From an uncultured bacterium (GTDB taxonomy: Bacteria > Abyssobacteria > SURF-5), in the NCBI GenBank assembly GCA_964510165.1, contig CAZEBC010000002.1, positions 1 to 57,902 on the forward strand: a DNA stretch of 57,902 bases. Direction: 5' to 3'. Shown here in pieces: positions 16,904-25,786 of this stretch. The notes beneath the pieces were generated by a model. The model was not told the DNA's origin. It saw nothing but the letters and a program-made list of their open reading frames with translations, and did no database searches. The position numbers and the translations under genes are program-made. Position 1 is the stretch's first letter. Each line of letters opens with the position of its first letter.

Positions 16904-17754
16904 GAGGGCGTATTGCACACAACGGGGCGCGAGGCTTCACGCTTGTCGAGATTCTGGTTGCTGTCACGATACTGACGATGATATTCAGCATCGTGTTTGG
17001 GACGTTCTTCTATACAGTTGAGAACGCTGAGGAGCGCCAGGAACAAGCCGCGCTGTACCACCGGGCGGGCTTCATATTGAACAACATCTCACAGAGTGTC
17101 GGCTCGGCCTATGTGCCGTATGCCGGCAGTTACGCTGACTATCGCGAAGAAGGGGAAGACGAACGATCCATATTTCAGGGGAAAGATGATTCCATCGAGG
17201 ACCTCAAAGCCGACTCGCTGCACGTGTTCACGACGAATCCCCGGTTCGGCTCTCGCGACATGCCGGGCGCGGTCAGTTATGTCAGCTACAGCGTTGGTTT
17301 AGTTGATGATTTTGATCTGGATCAAGCGTTTCGCGACGAAAACAATCCCCTTGTTCTCAAGTGTTCCAGCAAGCCGCTGATGCTTGAGGGAGACGAGTAC
17401 GTGTCGGAATGGACGCTTAACATCCGCTCTTTTGACCTTCAATACTTTGACGGGTCCGGTTGGCTCGAAGAATGGACCTATGAAGATCAGGGGATACTCC
17501 CAAGAGCTGTCAAAGTGGAAATCGAGCTTGCGGATGTCTATGGAGTACCGCATAGGTTTGATTCGGTCGTGGCGGTGCAGGTGAATACCTTGATTGAGGG
17601 ACAGGCGGCTGTGGAGAAAGAAGAGAAACAAGGAGAAGAAGAGAAAGAGAAAGAAGAGGAAAGGGAGGATAACAAAAAAGAGAGTGAAAGCCTGTTTGAC
17701 GAGGAGCCCTTATTCGAGAGCGGCGAGACCGACAACCCGTTCCTGTTTCAATGA
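16900..17754 (+). CDS. gspJ: minor pseudopilin, GspJ-like, with a long acidic C-terminal tail
   Basis: The prepilin motif is RG|FTLVEILVAVTIL. It has an ATGA overlap with gspI. The C-terminus is EKEEKQGEEEKEKEEEREDNKKESE... Confidence 0.7.
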   Translation: MRGRIAHNGARGFTLVEILVAVTILTMIFSIVFGTFFYTVENAEERQEQAALYHRAGFILNNISQSVGSAYVPYAGSYADYREEGEDERSIFQGKDDSIEDLKADSLHVFTTNPRFGSRDMPGAVSYVSYSVGLVDDFDLDQAFRDENNPLVLKCSSKPLMLEGDEYVSEWTLNIRSFDLQYFDGSGWLEEWTYEDQGILPRAVKVEIELADVYGVPHRFDSVVAVQVNTLIEGQAAVEKEEKQGEEEKEKEEEREDNKKESESLFDEEPLFESGETDNPFLFQ

Positions 17755-17805
17755 CGGCTGAGCGCAAGCAAGGCGCGCTCTTGATGTGAAAATGCTTGAC
17801 ACGAA

Positions 17806-18843
17806 ATGACTGAATTCCCCATAATACAATCGATGCGGCGGCGACTGAAAAGAGAAGGCGGAATGGCGCTGCTGTTGACTCTGCTGGTGACGGTGATCCT
17901 GGCGGTCGTCGTGCTGGAATTCAATTATCTCATGCGCGTTCATGCCACGCTATCCGGCAATCTGGTAAATGACCTGAAGGCGGAGGCCAGTGCGCGGGCC
18001 GGCGTGGAAATCGCGAAAGCCCGTTTGATGGACGACCTCGAGGCCGACATGGAGGAAGAGGTTGAGAGCGATACGCTGGATGAGGACTGGGCGTCGGAAA
18101 TCGAAATCGAGACCGGGGGTATGACGGCCAAGGCTGCGGTTTCGGATGAAACGGCGAAGCTCAATGTGAACCGTCTCGTGAACAGGCCGGCGAGCGATAC
18201 CGACATCGAAAGCGTCAATCAGACTATGGAGGAAAATCTGAAGCGGTTGTTTTCGCTGCTGGAAATAGATCAGAACCTGGTTGACGGCATTATCGATTGG
18301 CTCGACGAGAACGACCAGGAGCAGCCGTTCGGGGCCGAAAGCTCGCAGTACCTGGGTTTGAAACCGCCGGTCCTGTGCAAGAACGGCCCTATCGACAGCG
18401 TTGACGAACTTCTCCTGGTCAAGGGGATCACCCGTAAGATTCTGTATGGGGACTCCGAGAAGCCGGGTCTGGCGCAGTTCATCACGGTAGTCGGCGATGA
18501 AGAGGGCAGGATCAATATCAACACCGCCGACGAGAAGACGCTATCTGCCGTACTCAACAGCGAGTCGGTCGCCTCGATGATTGTTGACTCGCGAAAGGAT
18601 TCGCCGTTCAAGAGCGAGGAGGACATGACCACCCGATTTCCGGACCTGAAGCTTGCGGAGAAATTCACCACTCAGGGCTCCTATTTTCTCGTGACATCAA
18701 CGGGGGGATTTATGGCTGAGGGTGTGCTCTCGCGAACGGTAACGATAAAGGCGATGTTGAAGCGTGTCCGCTCCGAGGAATCGGACGAGACGGAAAACCA
18801 ATATATGAGTATTGATACCGCATATTGGAAAATAGAACGATGA
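17806..18843 (+). CDS. gspK: minor pseudopilin GspK
   Basis: The hydrophobic N-terminus is GMALLLTLLVTVILAVVVL. The GspK-like segments DWLDENDQ and INTADEKTL (helix-hairpin-helix region) are present. The exact start is uncertain. Confidence 0.75.
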   Translation: MTEFPIIQSMRRRLKREGGMALLLTLLVTVILAVVVLEFNYLMRVHATLSGNLVNDLKAEASARAGVEIAKARLMDDLEADMEEEVESDTLDEDWASEIEIETGGMTAKAAVSDETAKLNVNRLVNRPASDTDIESVNQTMEENLKRLFSLLEIDQNLVDGIIDWLDENDQEQPFGAESSQYLGLKPPVLCKNGPIDSVDELLLVKGITRKILYGDSEKPGLAQFITVVGDEEGRININTADEKTLSAVLNSESVASMIVDSRKDSPFKSEEDMTTRFPDLKLAEKFTTQGSYFLVTSTGGFMAEGVLSRTVTIKAMLKRVRSEESDETENQYMSIDTAYWKIER

Positions 18844-20336
18844 TTTTCCAGGCACGAAGCATAGGCATTGACGTGCAGCCGGATTCAGTGAGGGTGGCGG
18901 TTGCCGTCTCGCAGGGTGGCCGGATGAAGGTTCTGAAACTTGCGGTGCGTGAAATCCCGGAGGCGCCGGAACAGGAGTCGAGGGCGGCAATCGCGTCCAT
19001 AATCAGGGACGTATTGAGGGAAAACGGTCTTAACGGCGACACCAGCGTGGTGTGCCTTCCGGCGTCGATCAGCATAAACAGGTACTTGACGACTCCGATC
19101 ACTGATAACGGCAGAATCCGCCAGACCCTGAAATTCCAAATGGAGCCGCAGATACCGTATCCAATCGAACAGGTGGTTTCTGACTTCGTTCCTTTGCGAA
19201 AGACAAGCGAGGGGACCGAGATGCTTGCGGTCGCCGTGACTAAGGATGCGGTGTCTGAAGCGCTGAAACTGCTGGAGCTGGCCCAGGTCGACCCGCAAAT
19301 CGTCACGATTGACGCGCTTGCGCTTAGCGACTTCTTCGTGAATCCGTTCGATTTTTCATCCGACAAGATAACGGCTCTTCTGCATGTAGGGTCGAGAAGC
19401 GCCTTCCTCGGTTTCTTCAGTGGCGCGAAACTCATTGGGTATCGAAACCTTGAGGGCGCGCCAGCCGGCGATGACCAATCCCTCAGAAAGCTGGCAAAAG
19501 AAGCACATCGCTCGATGCTCACGTTTCAGTCGCCTCCCTCGATGGGGGACAGCGAGATCGGAACGCTTTGTGTCTCAGGAAGTTACTCGGATAAGCTGCA
19601 GTGGGTATTTCAGCAGGACCTCCGCGATTTCCCGATACGAGTGATCGGATTTAACGAGAACTCGCTTGCGGAAATTCCTCCTGCCCTGATGGATATTGCC
19701 GACCGTTGCCAGCTTGCGATAGCGCTCGCGCGGGTAGGACTCGGGGACTCGGCCAACACAATCAATCTTCGGCAGGAAGAGTATGCGCCTGTGTCACCGT
19801 TGACAAGGCTCAGGCCGAATATCATGTTCAGCCTCGCGGCGCTTGGGCTGGCGCTGGTGATGTGGTTCGGCAGCGTGTTGGCCGAAAATCGGCATCTGTC
19901 GCGCGAACTGGAGGCGGTGAATCGGGAAATGGTGGAGATATTCTCCGATACGATGCCGTCGGCCAAGACTCCCGATGCCGTCAGGCAGGAGATACGGCTG
20001 CAACAGGACAAGTTCAAGTCACTCAGGAATTATTCGTCGCAGTACGTCTCCACCCTTGAGGTGCTTGCCGAAGTGAGCGCGGCGAATCCCGAGAAGAAGC
20101 TGGTCTTGACCGATTTCGCCGTCTCCGAGAATGTGCTCAGGATGACGGGCGAAGCTGATTCGTTTGACGAGGTCAACATGTTTCAGGGCAGATTGGAAGG
20201 CTCCACCCTCCTGTCCGAGGTGAAGATCGATTCGGCGTCAAAGGCCGAAAAGAGCGAAAAAATCAATTTCAGGATTCGCGCCCAAATAGCAAGGGAGCCC
20301 GGGCAGAAGCCTGGACCGACGCCTGAGGGAACATGA
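18840..20336 (+). CDS. gspL: GspL-like assembly protein (PilM/actin-like cytoplasmic domain + TM + periplasmic domain)
   Basis: ATG 18840 forms an ATGA overlap with the gspK stop. The N-terminus SIGIDVQPDSVRVAV is PilM/GspL-like, and there is a single TM helix IMFSLAALGLALVMWFG. Confidence 0.7.
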   Translation: MIFQARSIGIDVQPDSVRVAVAVSQGGRMKVLKLAVREIPEAPEQESRAAIASIIRDVLRENGLNGDTSVVCLPASISINRYLTTPITDNGRIRQTLKFQMEPQIPYPIEQVVSDFVPLRKTSEGTEMLAVAVTKDAVSEALKLLELAQVDPQIVTIDALALSDFFVNPFDFSSDKITALLHVGSRSAFLGFFSGAKLIGYRNLEGAPAGDDQSLRKLAKEAHRSMLTFQSPPSMGDSEIGTLCVSGSYSDKLQWVFQQDLRDFPIRVIGFNENSLAEIPPALMDIADRCQLAIALARVGLGDSANTINLRQEEYAPVSPLTRLRPNIMFSLAALGLALVMWFGSVLAENRHLSRELEAVNREMVEIFSDTMPSAKTPDAVRQEIRLQQDKFKSLRNYSSQYVSTLEVLAEVSAANPEKKLVLTDFAVSENVLRMTGEADSFDEVNMFQGRLEGSTLLSEVKIDSASKAEKSEKINFRIRAQIAREPGQKPGPTPEGT

Positions 20337-20860
20337 TGATAAGTCTCAAGGGGAGAGAGAAGAGACTTGCCGTCGCGCTGGCGGGCGTACTGGCGATTAT
20401 CGTCATATATTTGGCCATCATATCGCCCGCATTGCGTAAGCGAGAGGAACTCAAGCGGGAGATCAAGAGGGCGCGCGTCCAACTGGGCGAACTGAGGTCC
20501 CTCAAACGAGAATATGAACAGATAAGTGAGGAGATAACGGGCATTAACCAGAAGGTGAGCCGGAGGCCGCCGGGTTTCACCCTGTTCTCGTTTCTCGATC
20601 AGACGGCCAACCGGCTTAACGTGAAAAACAATCTTACCTCGATGAAGCCCACGCGGCGAAATGTTGATGGCAGTCTTGTCGAGGATATCGTCGAGGTCAG
20701 GCTGGAAGGCATTTCGCTCGAGAATATGGTCGCCTACCTTTATGAAATCGAACGCACCGGCGTGGCGGTCGCCGTTTCAAGCCTGAGAGTTCAGCCCGAA
20801 TCCCGGCTGGGCGGCGGGCTGAACGTTTCGATGCTCATCACCTCAGTCGGCCTGCAATAG
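20333..20860 (+). CDS. gspM: GspM-like protein
   Basis: 175 aa with an ATGA overlap with gspL. It has one N-terminal TM helix, then a coiled coil, then a small periplasmic domain. The call rests partly on its position after gspL. Confidence 0.6.
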   Translation: MMISLKGREKRLAVALAGVLAIIVIYLAIISPALRKREELKREIKRARVQLGELRSLKREYEQISEEITGINQKVSRRPPGFTLFSFLDQTANRLNVKNNLTSMKPTRRNVDGSLVEDIVEVRLEGISLENMVAYLYEIERTGVAVAVSSLRVQPESRLGGGLNVSMLITSVGLQ

Positions 20861-20876
20861 CGCGGTGGAGCCGCAA

Positions 20877-20907
20877 GTCTCGGGTTTCGCGTTTCGAGTT
20901 TCGGGTT
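20877..20907 (+). repeat. heptanucleotide tandem-repeat array, copy 3 (TCG variant)
   Basis: GTC TCGGGTT TCGCGTT TCGAGTT TCGGGTT, starting 17 nt after the gspM stop. Confidence 0.85.
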
Positions 20908-20962
20908 AAAAGCAATCCTTCTGCAGCCTGAGTGCCAGGAATGGTCATAACCTCATCCCCGG

Positions 20963-22462
20963 CTACTTCCAATCCTTTGCCAGTTGGGTGAGCAGGCGGA
21001 CTCCCACACCGGTTGCGCCCTTGGGGCAGTAGGGCAGGTCCTTCTTGGTCCACGCGGTGCCCGCGATATCCAGGTGCGCCCACGGCGTATCTCCGACGAA
21101 CTTCTTGAGAAACAGGCCCGCCGTAATCGTTCCTGCCGGCCTGCCGCCGACATTCTTCACGTCTGCGATGTCGCTTTTGATCTGTTCGAGGTAGTCGTCG
21201 TCAAGCGGCAAAGGCCAAACCTTTTCCGACGTCTCCTTTGCGGCCGCTTTGATTTTCTCCAGAAGGTTCTCATTATTTCCCATCAATCCGGTGTTGACAT
21301 GGCCGAGTGCGATGATGCACGCGCCTGTCAGGGTGGCGAGATCGATGATGGCTGCCGGTTTGTATCGCAGCGCGTAGGCAAGCCCGTCAGACAGGATCAG
21401 CCTGCCCTCGGCGTCGGTCGAGATTACCTCGATGGTGAGTCCCGCCATCGAGCGCAGCACGTCGCCCGGCCTGTATGCGCCGCCGCCCGGGAGATTCTCG
21501 GTTGAAGGAACGACGCCAACGAGGTTGACCGGCAGCTTGAGCATGGATGCGGCGGAGATCGCGCCGATAACTGCCGCGCCACCCGCCATGTCATGCTTCA
21601 TCTCCTCCATGTTTTCCGCGGGTTTGATGGATATGCCGCCACTGTCGAATGTGATCGCCTTGCCGACGAGCGCTAGAGGCTTGCTCCGGCCGCCGCCGTT
21701 ATGTTCAAGCACCATCAGCCTGGGCGGTTGATGGCTGCCCTGCGCCACCGCGAGAAACGCCCCCATCTTGAGCTGTCTGATTTTCTCGGGAGTAAGCACG
21801 GTGCACTTGAACCCGTGTTTGCGAGCAAGCGCCTTCGCCCGGTTGGCCATCTCCGTCGGCGTCAATACGCCCGCAGGTTCGCTGATCATGTCGCGCGCAT
21901 ACCCCACCGCCGTCGCGATTTTGTCGCCGTCATCGGCGCCGATTTGCAGCTCTCGTCTGCGGGCGGCACTTTTCTCGGGAAGCGCCAGCGTTTTCAGTTG
22001 TTTCGACTCTTCCTTCACGGTCTCTTTCTCGGTCTTGTATTTGCTGAAGCGGTATAGACCGAGCAAGGTCGCCTCGGCGATGGCCTGGCCGATCTGGCGC
22101 GGGCTCGATTCCTTGAGTTCGTGCGCGTGAAGAGAACTGACGGCGGCCTGAAGTCCTCTGTCGCGGACTGCGGCAGCAGCCGTGGCGCTGGCTTGTCTCA
22201 ACCTCTCGATGCTGTAGTCGGCGCGTTTTCCGAGGCCGACAAGGACCAATCGTTCACTCGGCAACTGGCCGAAGGCATGCAGCACGCTCAGCTTGTTCGG
22301 TTTTGGCTCGAATTCACCCGACGCCAGCAGCTTGGAAATCCTGCCCTCGATCATTGCATCCACGCTCTTGGAGAGGCCGTCGAGGCCGTCCTCAAAGATT
22401 CCAACAATTAATGCGTTCGAATGCTCTTTCAAAATATCGCCATCTTTGAATGACACCTTCAT
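20963..22462 (-). CDS. pepA: leucyl aminopeptidase (M17)
   Basis: 499 aa. The M17 motifs are VGKAITFDSGGISIKP and STDAEGRLILSD. Confidence 0.92.
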   Translation of the reverse strand: MKVSFKDGDILKEHSNALIVGIFEDGLDGLSKSVDAMIEGRISKLLASGEFEPKPNKLSVLHAFGQLPSERLVLVGLGKRADYSIERLRQASATAAAAVRDRGLQAAVSSLHAHELKESSPRQIGQAIAEATLLGLYRFSKYKTEKETVKEESKQLKTLALPEKSAARRRELQIGADDGDKIATAVGYARDMISEPAGVLTPTEMANRAKALARKHGFKCTVLTPEKIRQLKMGAFLAVAQGSHQPPRLMVLEHNGGGRSKPLALVGKAITFDSGGISIKPAENMEEMKHDMAGGAAVIGAISAASMLKLPVNLVGVVPSTENLPGGGAYRPGDVLRSMAGLTIEVISTDAEGRLILSDGLAYALRYKPAAIIDLATLTGACIIALGHVNTGLMGNNENLLEKIKAAAKETSEKVWPLPLDDDYLEQIKSDIADVKNVGGRPAGTITAGLFLKKFVGDTPWAHLDIAGTAWTKKDLPYCPKGATGVGVRLLTQLAKDWK

Positions 22463-22640
22463 GCGTGTGCTCCTTTCCCGACTCTGATTTCAATGAATTG
22501 CGTCATCTTCTTCCTGACTCCCGCAAATTCTGTCATGCCTTGGATTCCTGGAGAAACACGTTGAAAGTCTATCATGTTTTCGCGGTCCCCGCCACAGATA
22601 TGCGCTGAAGCGCCCGGCCATGTGTTCATGGCAGCCACAG

Positions 22641-22669
22641 TTGGCAAAATCGAGAACATATGGTATATT
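22641..22669 (+). promoter_or_regulatory. putative sigma70 promoter of gatB
   Basis: TTGGCA at 22641-22646, a 17-nt spacer, then TATATT at 22664-22669 preceded by TGG. Confidence 0.5.
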
Positions 22670-22733
22670 ATGACGAAGCGCATAAGCCTGATGGTGCACG
22701 TTAGCTGTCTTCACAGAAGGAGAAGAAATCGGC

Positions 22734-24170
22734 TTGGTTGAATACGAAACCGTTATCGGGCTTGAATTTCATACTCAACTCTCCACAGAGTCCAAAATAT
22801 TCTGTCAATGCAGCACGAAGTTCGGCGCTGAACCCAACTCCCAGATATGCCCCGTGTGCACGGGCCTGCCCGGCGTACTCCCGGTCCTCAACCGGAAGGT
22901 CGTCGAATACGCCATCATGACGGGCCTGGCCTTCAACTGCGAGATACTGAAGTATTGCAAGTTTGCCCGCAAGAACTACTTTTATCCCGACCTCCCGAAG
23001 AATTACCAGATATCACAATATGATGACCCGCTTGCGAAAGGCGGTTATATGGACGTGGTGGTGAACGGGACGGTCAAACGAATTGGCATCACACGGGTGC
23101 ATATGGAGGAAGACGCCGGGAAACTCGTCCATCCGGAGGATGCGGCAGTCAGCTATGTGGATTTCAATCGGGCCGGCGTGCCGTTGTTGGAGATCGTGAC
23201 AGAGCCCGACATTCGCAGCTCCGAGGAAGCGTATGCCGCTGCGATGACGCTTAAGGGCATCCTCGAGTATCTCGAGGTCAGCGACTGCAATATGGAACAG
23301 GGCTCGCTCAGGTGCGACGCAAACGTTTCGATCCGACCGAGAGGCTCGACAGGGCTTGGCATCAAGACCGAAGTGAAAAACATGAACTCGTTCAAGGCGG
23401 TCCAGAAGGCGCTCGAGTACGAGGTCAATCGCCAGAAGAAAGTCCTGTCCGAAGGCGGCAGAATCGTGCAGGAAACGAGGCTGTGGGACGCCGATCGGGG
23501 TGTCACCCGCTCGATGCGCGGCAAGGAAGAGGCACATGATTACCGCTATTTCCCCGAACCTGACCTGATCCCGCTCATTGTGGACGACTTTTGGATTGAC
23601 GAGATTCGCGCCCGGCTGCCTGAGTTGCCGGCACAACGCAAGCGGAGGCTTCAGGAGCAGTATGGACTGCCTGAGTACGACGCGGGCGTCCTGACCGCTT
23701 CGAAGTACGCTGCTGATTTTTTTGAGAGGGCGGCAGCAAGGTGTCGCGACGCAAAGACAGTCAGCAATTGGATCATGGGAGAGTTGCAGCGATACCTTAA
23801 TCAGGAAGGAATCGAAATCCAGCGTTGCAGGATTACGCCCGAAATGCTTGTCGAGATGCTCAAGCTGATTGACGACGGCACGATTAGTGTCAACCTTGCC
23901 AAGGATGTATTCGGCGAGATGTTCGCGACTGGCGAGAGAGCGGCCGCAATAGTCGAGTCCCGCGGACTGGTTCAGATAACCGACGAGGCCGAACTGGAGG
24001 CCATCGTAAAAAAGGTAATCGAAGAAAACCCGGGGCCGGTCGCGGATTTCCTTGGAGGAAACGAGCGCACGTTCGGATTTCTGATGGGACAGGCGATGCG
24101 GGCGAGCAAGGGCAAGGCCAATCCCAAGGTAATATCAAATCTCTTGCGAGAGAGACTGAAGGGCGCATGA
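22734..24170 (+). CDS. gatB: Asp-tRNA(Asn)/Glu-tRNA(Gln) amidotransferase subunit B
   Basis: 478 aa. YETVIGLEFHTQL, CPVCTGLPGVLP and the C-terminal GatB/YqeY domain are present. The start is TTG with AAGGAG upstream. Confidence 0.92.
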   Translation: MVEYETVIGLEFHTQLSTESKIFCQCSTKFGAEPNSQICPVCTGLPGVLPVLNRKVVEYAIMTGLAFNCEILKYCKFARKNYFYPDLPKNYQISQYDDPLAKGGYMDVVVNGTVKRIGITRVHMEEDAGKLVHPEDAAVSYVDFNRAGVPLLEIVTEPDIRSSEEAYAAAMTLKGILEYLEVSDCNMEQGSLRCDANVSIRPRGSTGLGIKTEVKNMNSFKAVQKALEYEVNRQKKVLSEGGRIVQETRLWDADRGVTRSMRGKEEAHDYRYFPEPDLIPLIVDDFWIDEIRARLPELPAQRKRRLQEQYGLPEYDAGVLTASKYAADFFERAAARCRDAKTVSNWIMGELQRYLNQEGIEIQRCRITPEMLVEMLKLIDDGTISVNLAKDVFGEMFATGERAAAIVESRGLVQITDEAELEAIVKKVIEENPGPVADFLGGNERTFGFLMGQAMRASKGKANPKVISNLLRERLKGA

Positions 24171-24195
24171 AGCTTTTCAGCGACGGAGGTTCCTC

Positions 24196-24579
24196 ATTAC
24201 TCCACTAAACACGGCCAAGAAGGCAGCTCAGATTGCTGACAACAAGAAGGCCCACGAGGTCGTTCTCCTGGACTTGCGCAAACTCTCCAGCGTCACCGAT
24301 TTTTTCGTCATTTGCGGCAGCGATTCCATCATCGGGGTGAAGGCCATCGCAGATGCCGTACTGCTGCAGCTCAAAAAAGAGGGAGTCCTGCCCGACCATG
24401 TGGAAGGACTCAACGACGGCCAGTGGGTACTCGCCGACTACGGGACCGTGGTGGTGCACGTATTCCTCGAAAAGGTGAGAAAGTATTACGACCTGGAGTC
24501 GCTTTGGGGAGACGCTCCTCGACGAAGCTTCCGACCACGCAAACACAAAGCCCCAACCAGGTCGCGAAATGACAGGTGA
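24196..24579 (+). CDS. rsfS: ribosomal silencing factor RsfS (Iojap family), probable non-canonical ATT start
   Basis: The motif run is VVLLDLRKLSSVTDFFVICGS...DYGTVVVHVF...YDLESLW. The conserved N-terminal helix lies upstream of the first canonical start (TTG 24274). GGAGG at 24185-24189 is 6 nt before ATT 24196. Confidence 0.75.
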   Translation: MTPLNTAKKAAQIADNKKAHEVVLLDLRKLSSVTDFFVICGSDSIIGVKAIADAVLLQLKKEGVLPDHVEGLNDGQWVLADYGTVVVHVFLEKVRKYYDLESLWGDAPRRSFRPRKHKAPTRSRNDR

Positions 24580-24657
24580 CGTTATCTTCAAATGATCCGT
24601 CTCTCTCGGTGCAAGGCCACCTCCACGCAGCGGCATCTGAACCTAAAGTGAGTCAGG

Positions 24658-25671
24658 ATGGAGCGGTTCATAATAGGGCACAATGCGGACCCATCCAATT
24701 GGAGGCAACGGCTCGACCGTCTCTCACCTCGATGCATGGAGATGTTCGTCCCGCCGAAGTACAGCGAGGGGGAAGGGCTCGTTGAGCTTCGAAGAGCCTT
24801 CGAACAGATGGCTAGTCATCCGGTTGCACGCGCGCTCGAGTTTGCTTCGTGCCATTTTCCCTGGGGCGAGAGCGCCAACGGCTATTCCAGATACAATCTG
24901 ATTGACCACCAATATTTCTATCCTTTCTGTGAGATCGCCAGGTCGTTTCACGATTTTTGCCGCGAGATAGGACTGCCGCCTGAGAGGTCCGCTCTCAATT
25001 TCCACAACCTGTATGAGCTTCCTCGCTCGATGCTCGCGGGGCTGAAGGCCGATGGGAAACTTGCGGCCCTGCGCGAGATGTTCCTGGAACATGCGCGCGC
25101 CCAAACCAGCGCCGCCAAGGCAATACTTCGACTGCTGGATTTGCCTCTTGTGCTTGTCAACGAAAACAATCCTCCGATCGGCGACGGCGACCGGATGAGC
25201 GTTGTTGACGTCTTCGCCGAAGATGTTGCCGCACGCATTTCTTATACAGGGATTCGGACATGCATGGACCTCTCTCATTTTTTCATGACCAAGTTCTATT
25301 TTGAAATCGAGCGAAGGGGACGTCCCTCGTTCCCGTACCTTGACTTGGAGAGCGAGGAAAATGGGGGTTGCGGGCGGCGGTTGACATTCGACGGATATCT
25401 TGAAAATATGCACCCCCTTTATTTTCACGTGTCAGACACGAAGAGGCCGGGCGCCAGCCGCACCTTCGAGGGCTTGCCCATCGGGAGTGGAGATACGCCG
25501 TGGGAGGATGTGCTGCAAACCCTGGCGCACCATGTTTCCAGAGGGAACGGCAAGGCATTCCTGATAATCGAAATAAAGGGAGGTCACACGGCCGAGGGCA
25601 CGGAGCTGTGCCTCGCATCCGAAAAGAGGCTCAGAGCGACCGAGGCGTTCCGGCGATTCAACGGCGTGTAG
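24658..25671 (+). CDS. xylose-isomerase-like / AP-endonuclease-2 fold TIM-barrel protein, divergent
   Basis: 337 aa. The metal-ligand-like pattern is VNENN ... CMDLSHFF ... YFHVSDTK...EGLPIGSGDTPWEDVL ... LIIEIKG. Specificity is unknown. Confidence 0.5.
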   Translation: MERFIIGHNADPSNWRQRLDRLSPRCMEMFVPPKYSEGEGLVELRRAFEQMASHPVARALEFASCHFPWGESANGYSRYNLIDHQYFYPFCEIARSFHDFCREIGLPPERSALNFHNLYELPRSMLAGLKADGKLAALREMFLEHARAQTSAAKAILRLLDLPLVLVNENNPPIGDGDRMSVVDVFAEDVAARISYTGIRTCMDLSHFFMTKFYFEIERRGRPSFPYLDLESEENGGCGRRLTFDGYLENMHPLYFHVSDTKRPGASRTFEGLPIGSGDTPWEDVLQTLAHHVSRGNGKAFLIIEIKGGHTAEGTELCLASEKRLRATEAFRRFNGV

Positions 25672-25786
25672 CGCGAGATAAGCACCGCAGATTGACTTTT
25701 CGGGCTTGTGTTGTTGCGTCACTTGGATTACAATCGGATACGATATCAACCGGGTTTCTCTTTTCAGGATTATCGGAGCTATTGCA

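Noticed and set aside
22459-22714. Two overlapping 74-aa minus-strand ORFs in the pepA-gatB intergenic region.
   Set aside because: They have no RBS or recognisable motif. They overlap each other and the predicted gatB promoter, and the region is better explained as a divergent promoter spacer.
24205-24636. 143-aa minus-strand ORF covering the rsfS locus.
   Set aside because: The plus-strand frame encodes an unmistakable RsfS/Iojap sequence, whereas the antisense product has no recognisable features.
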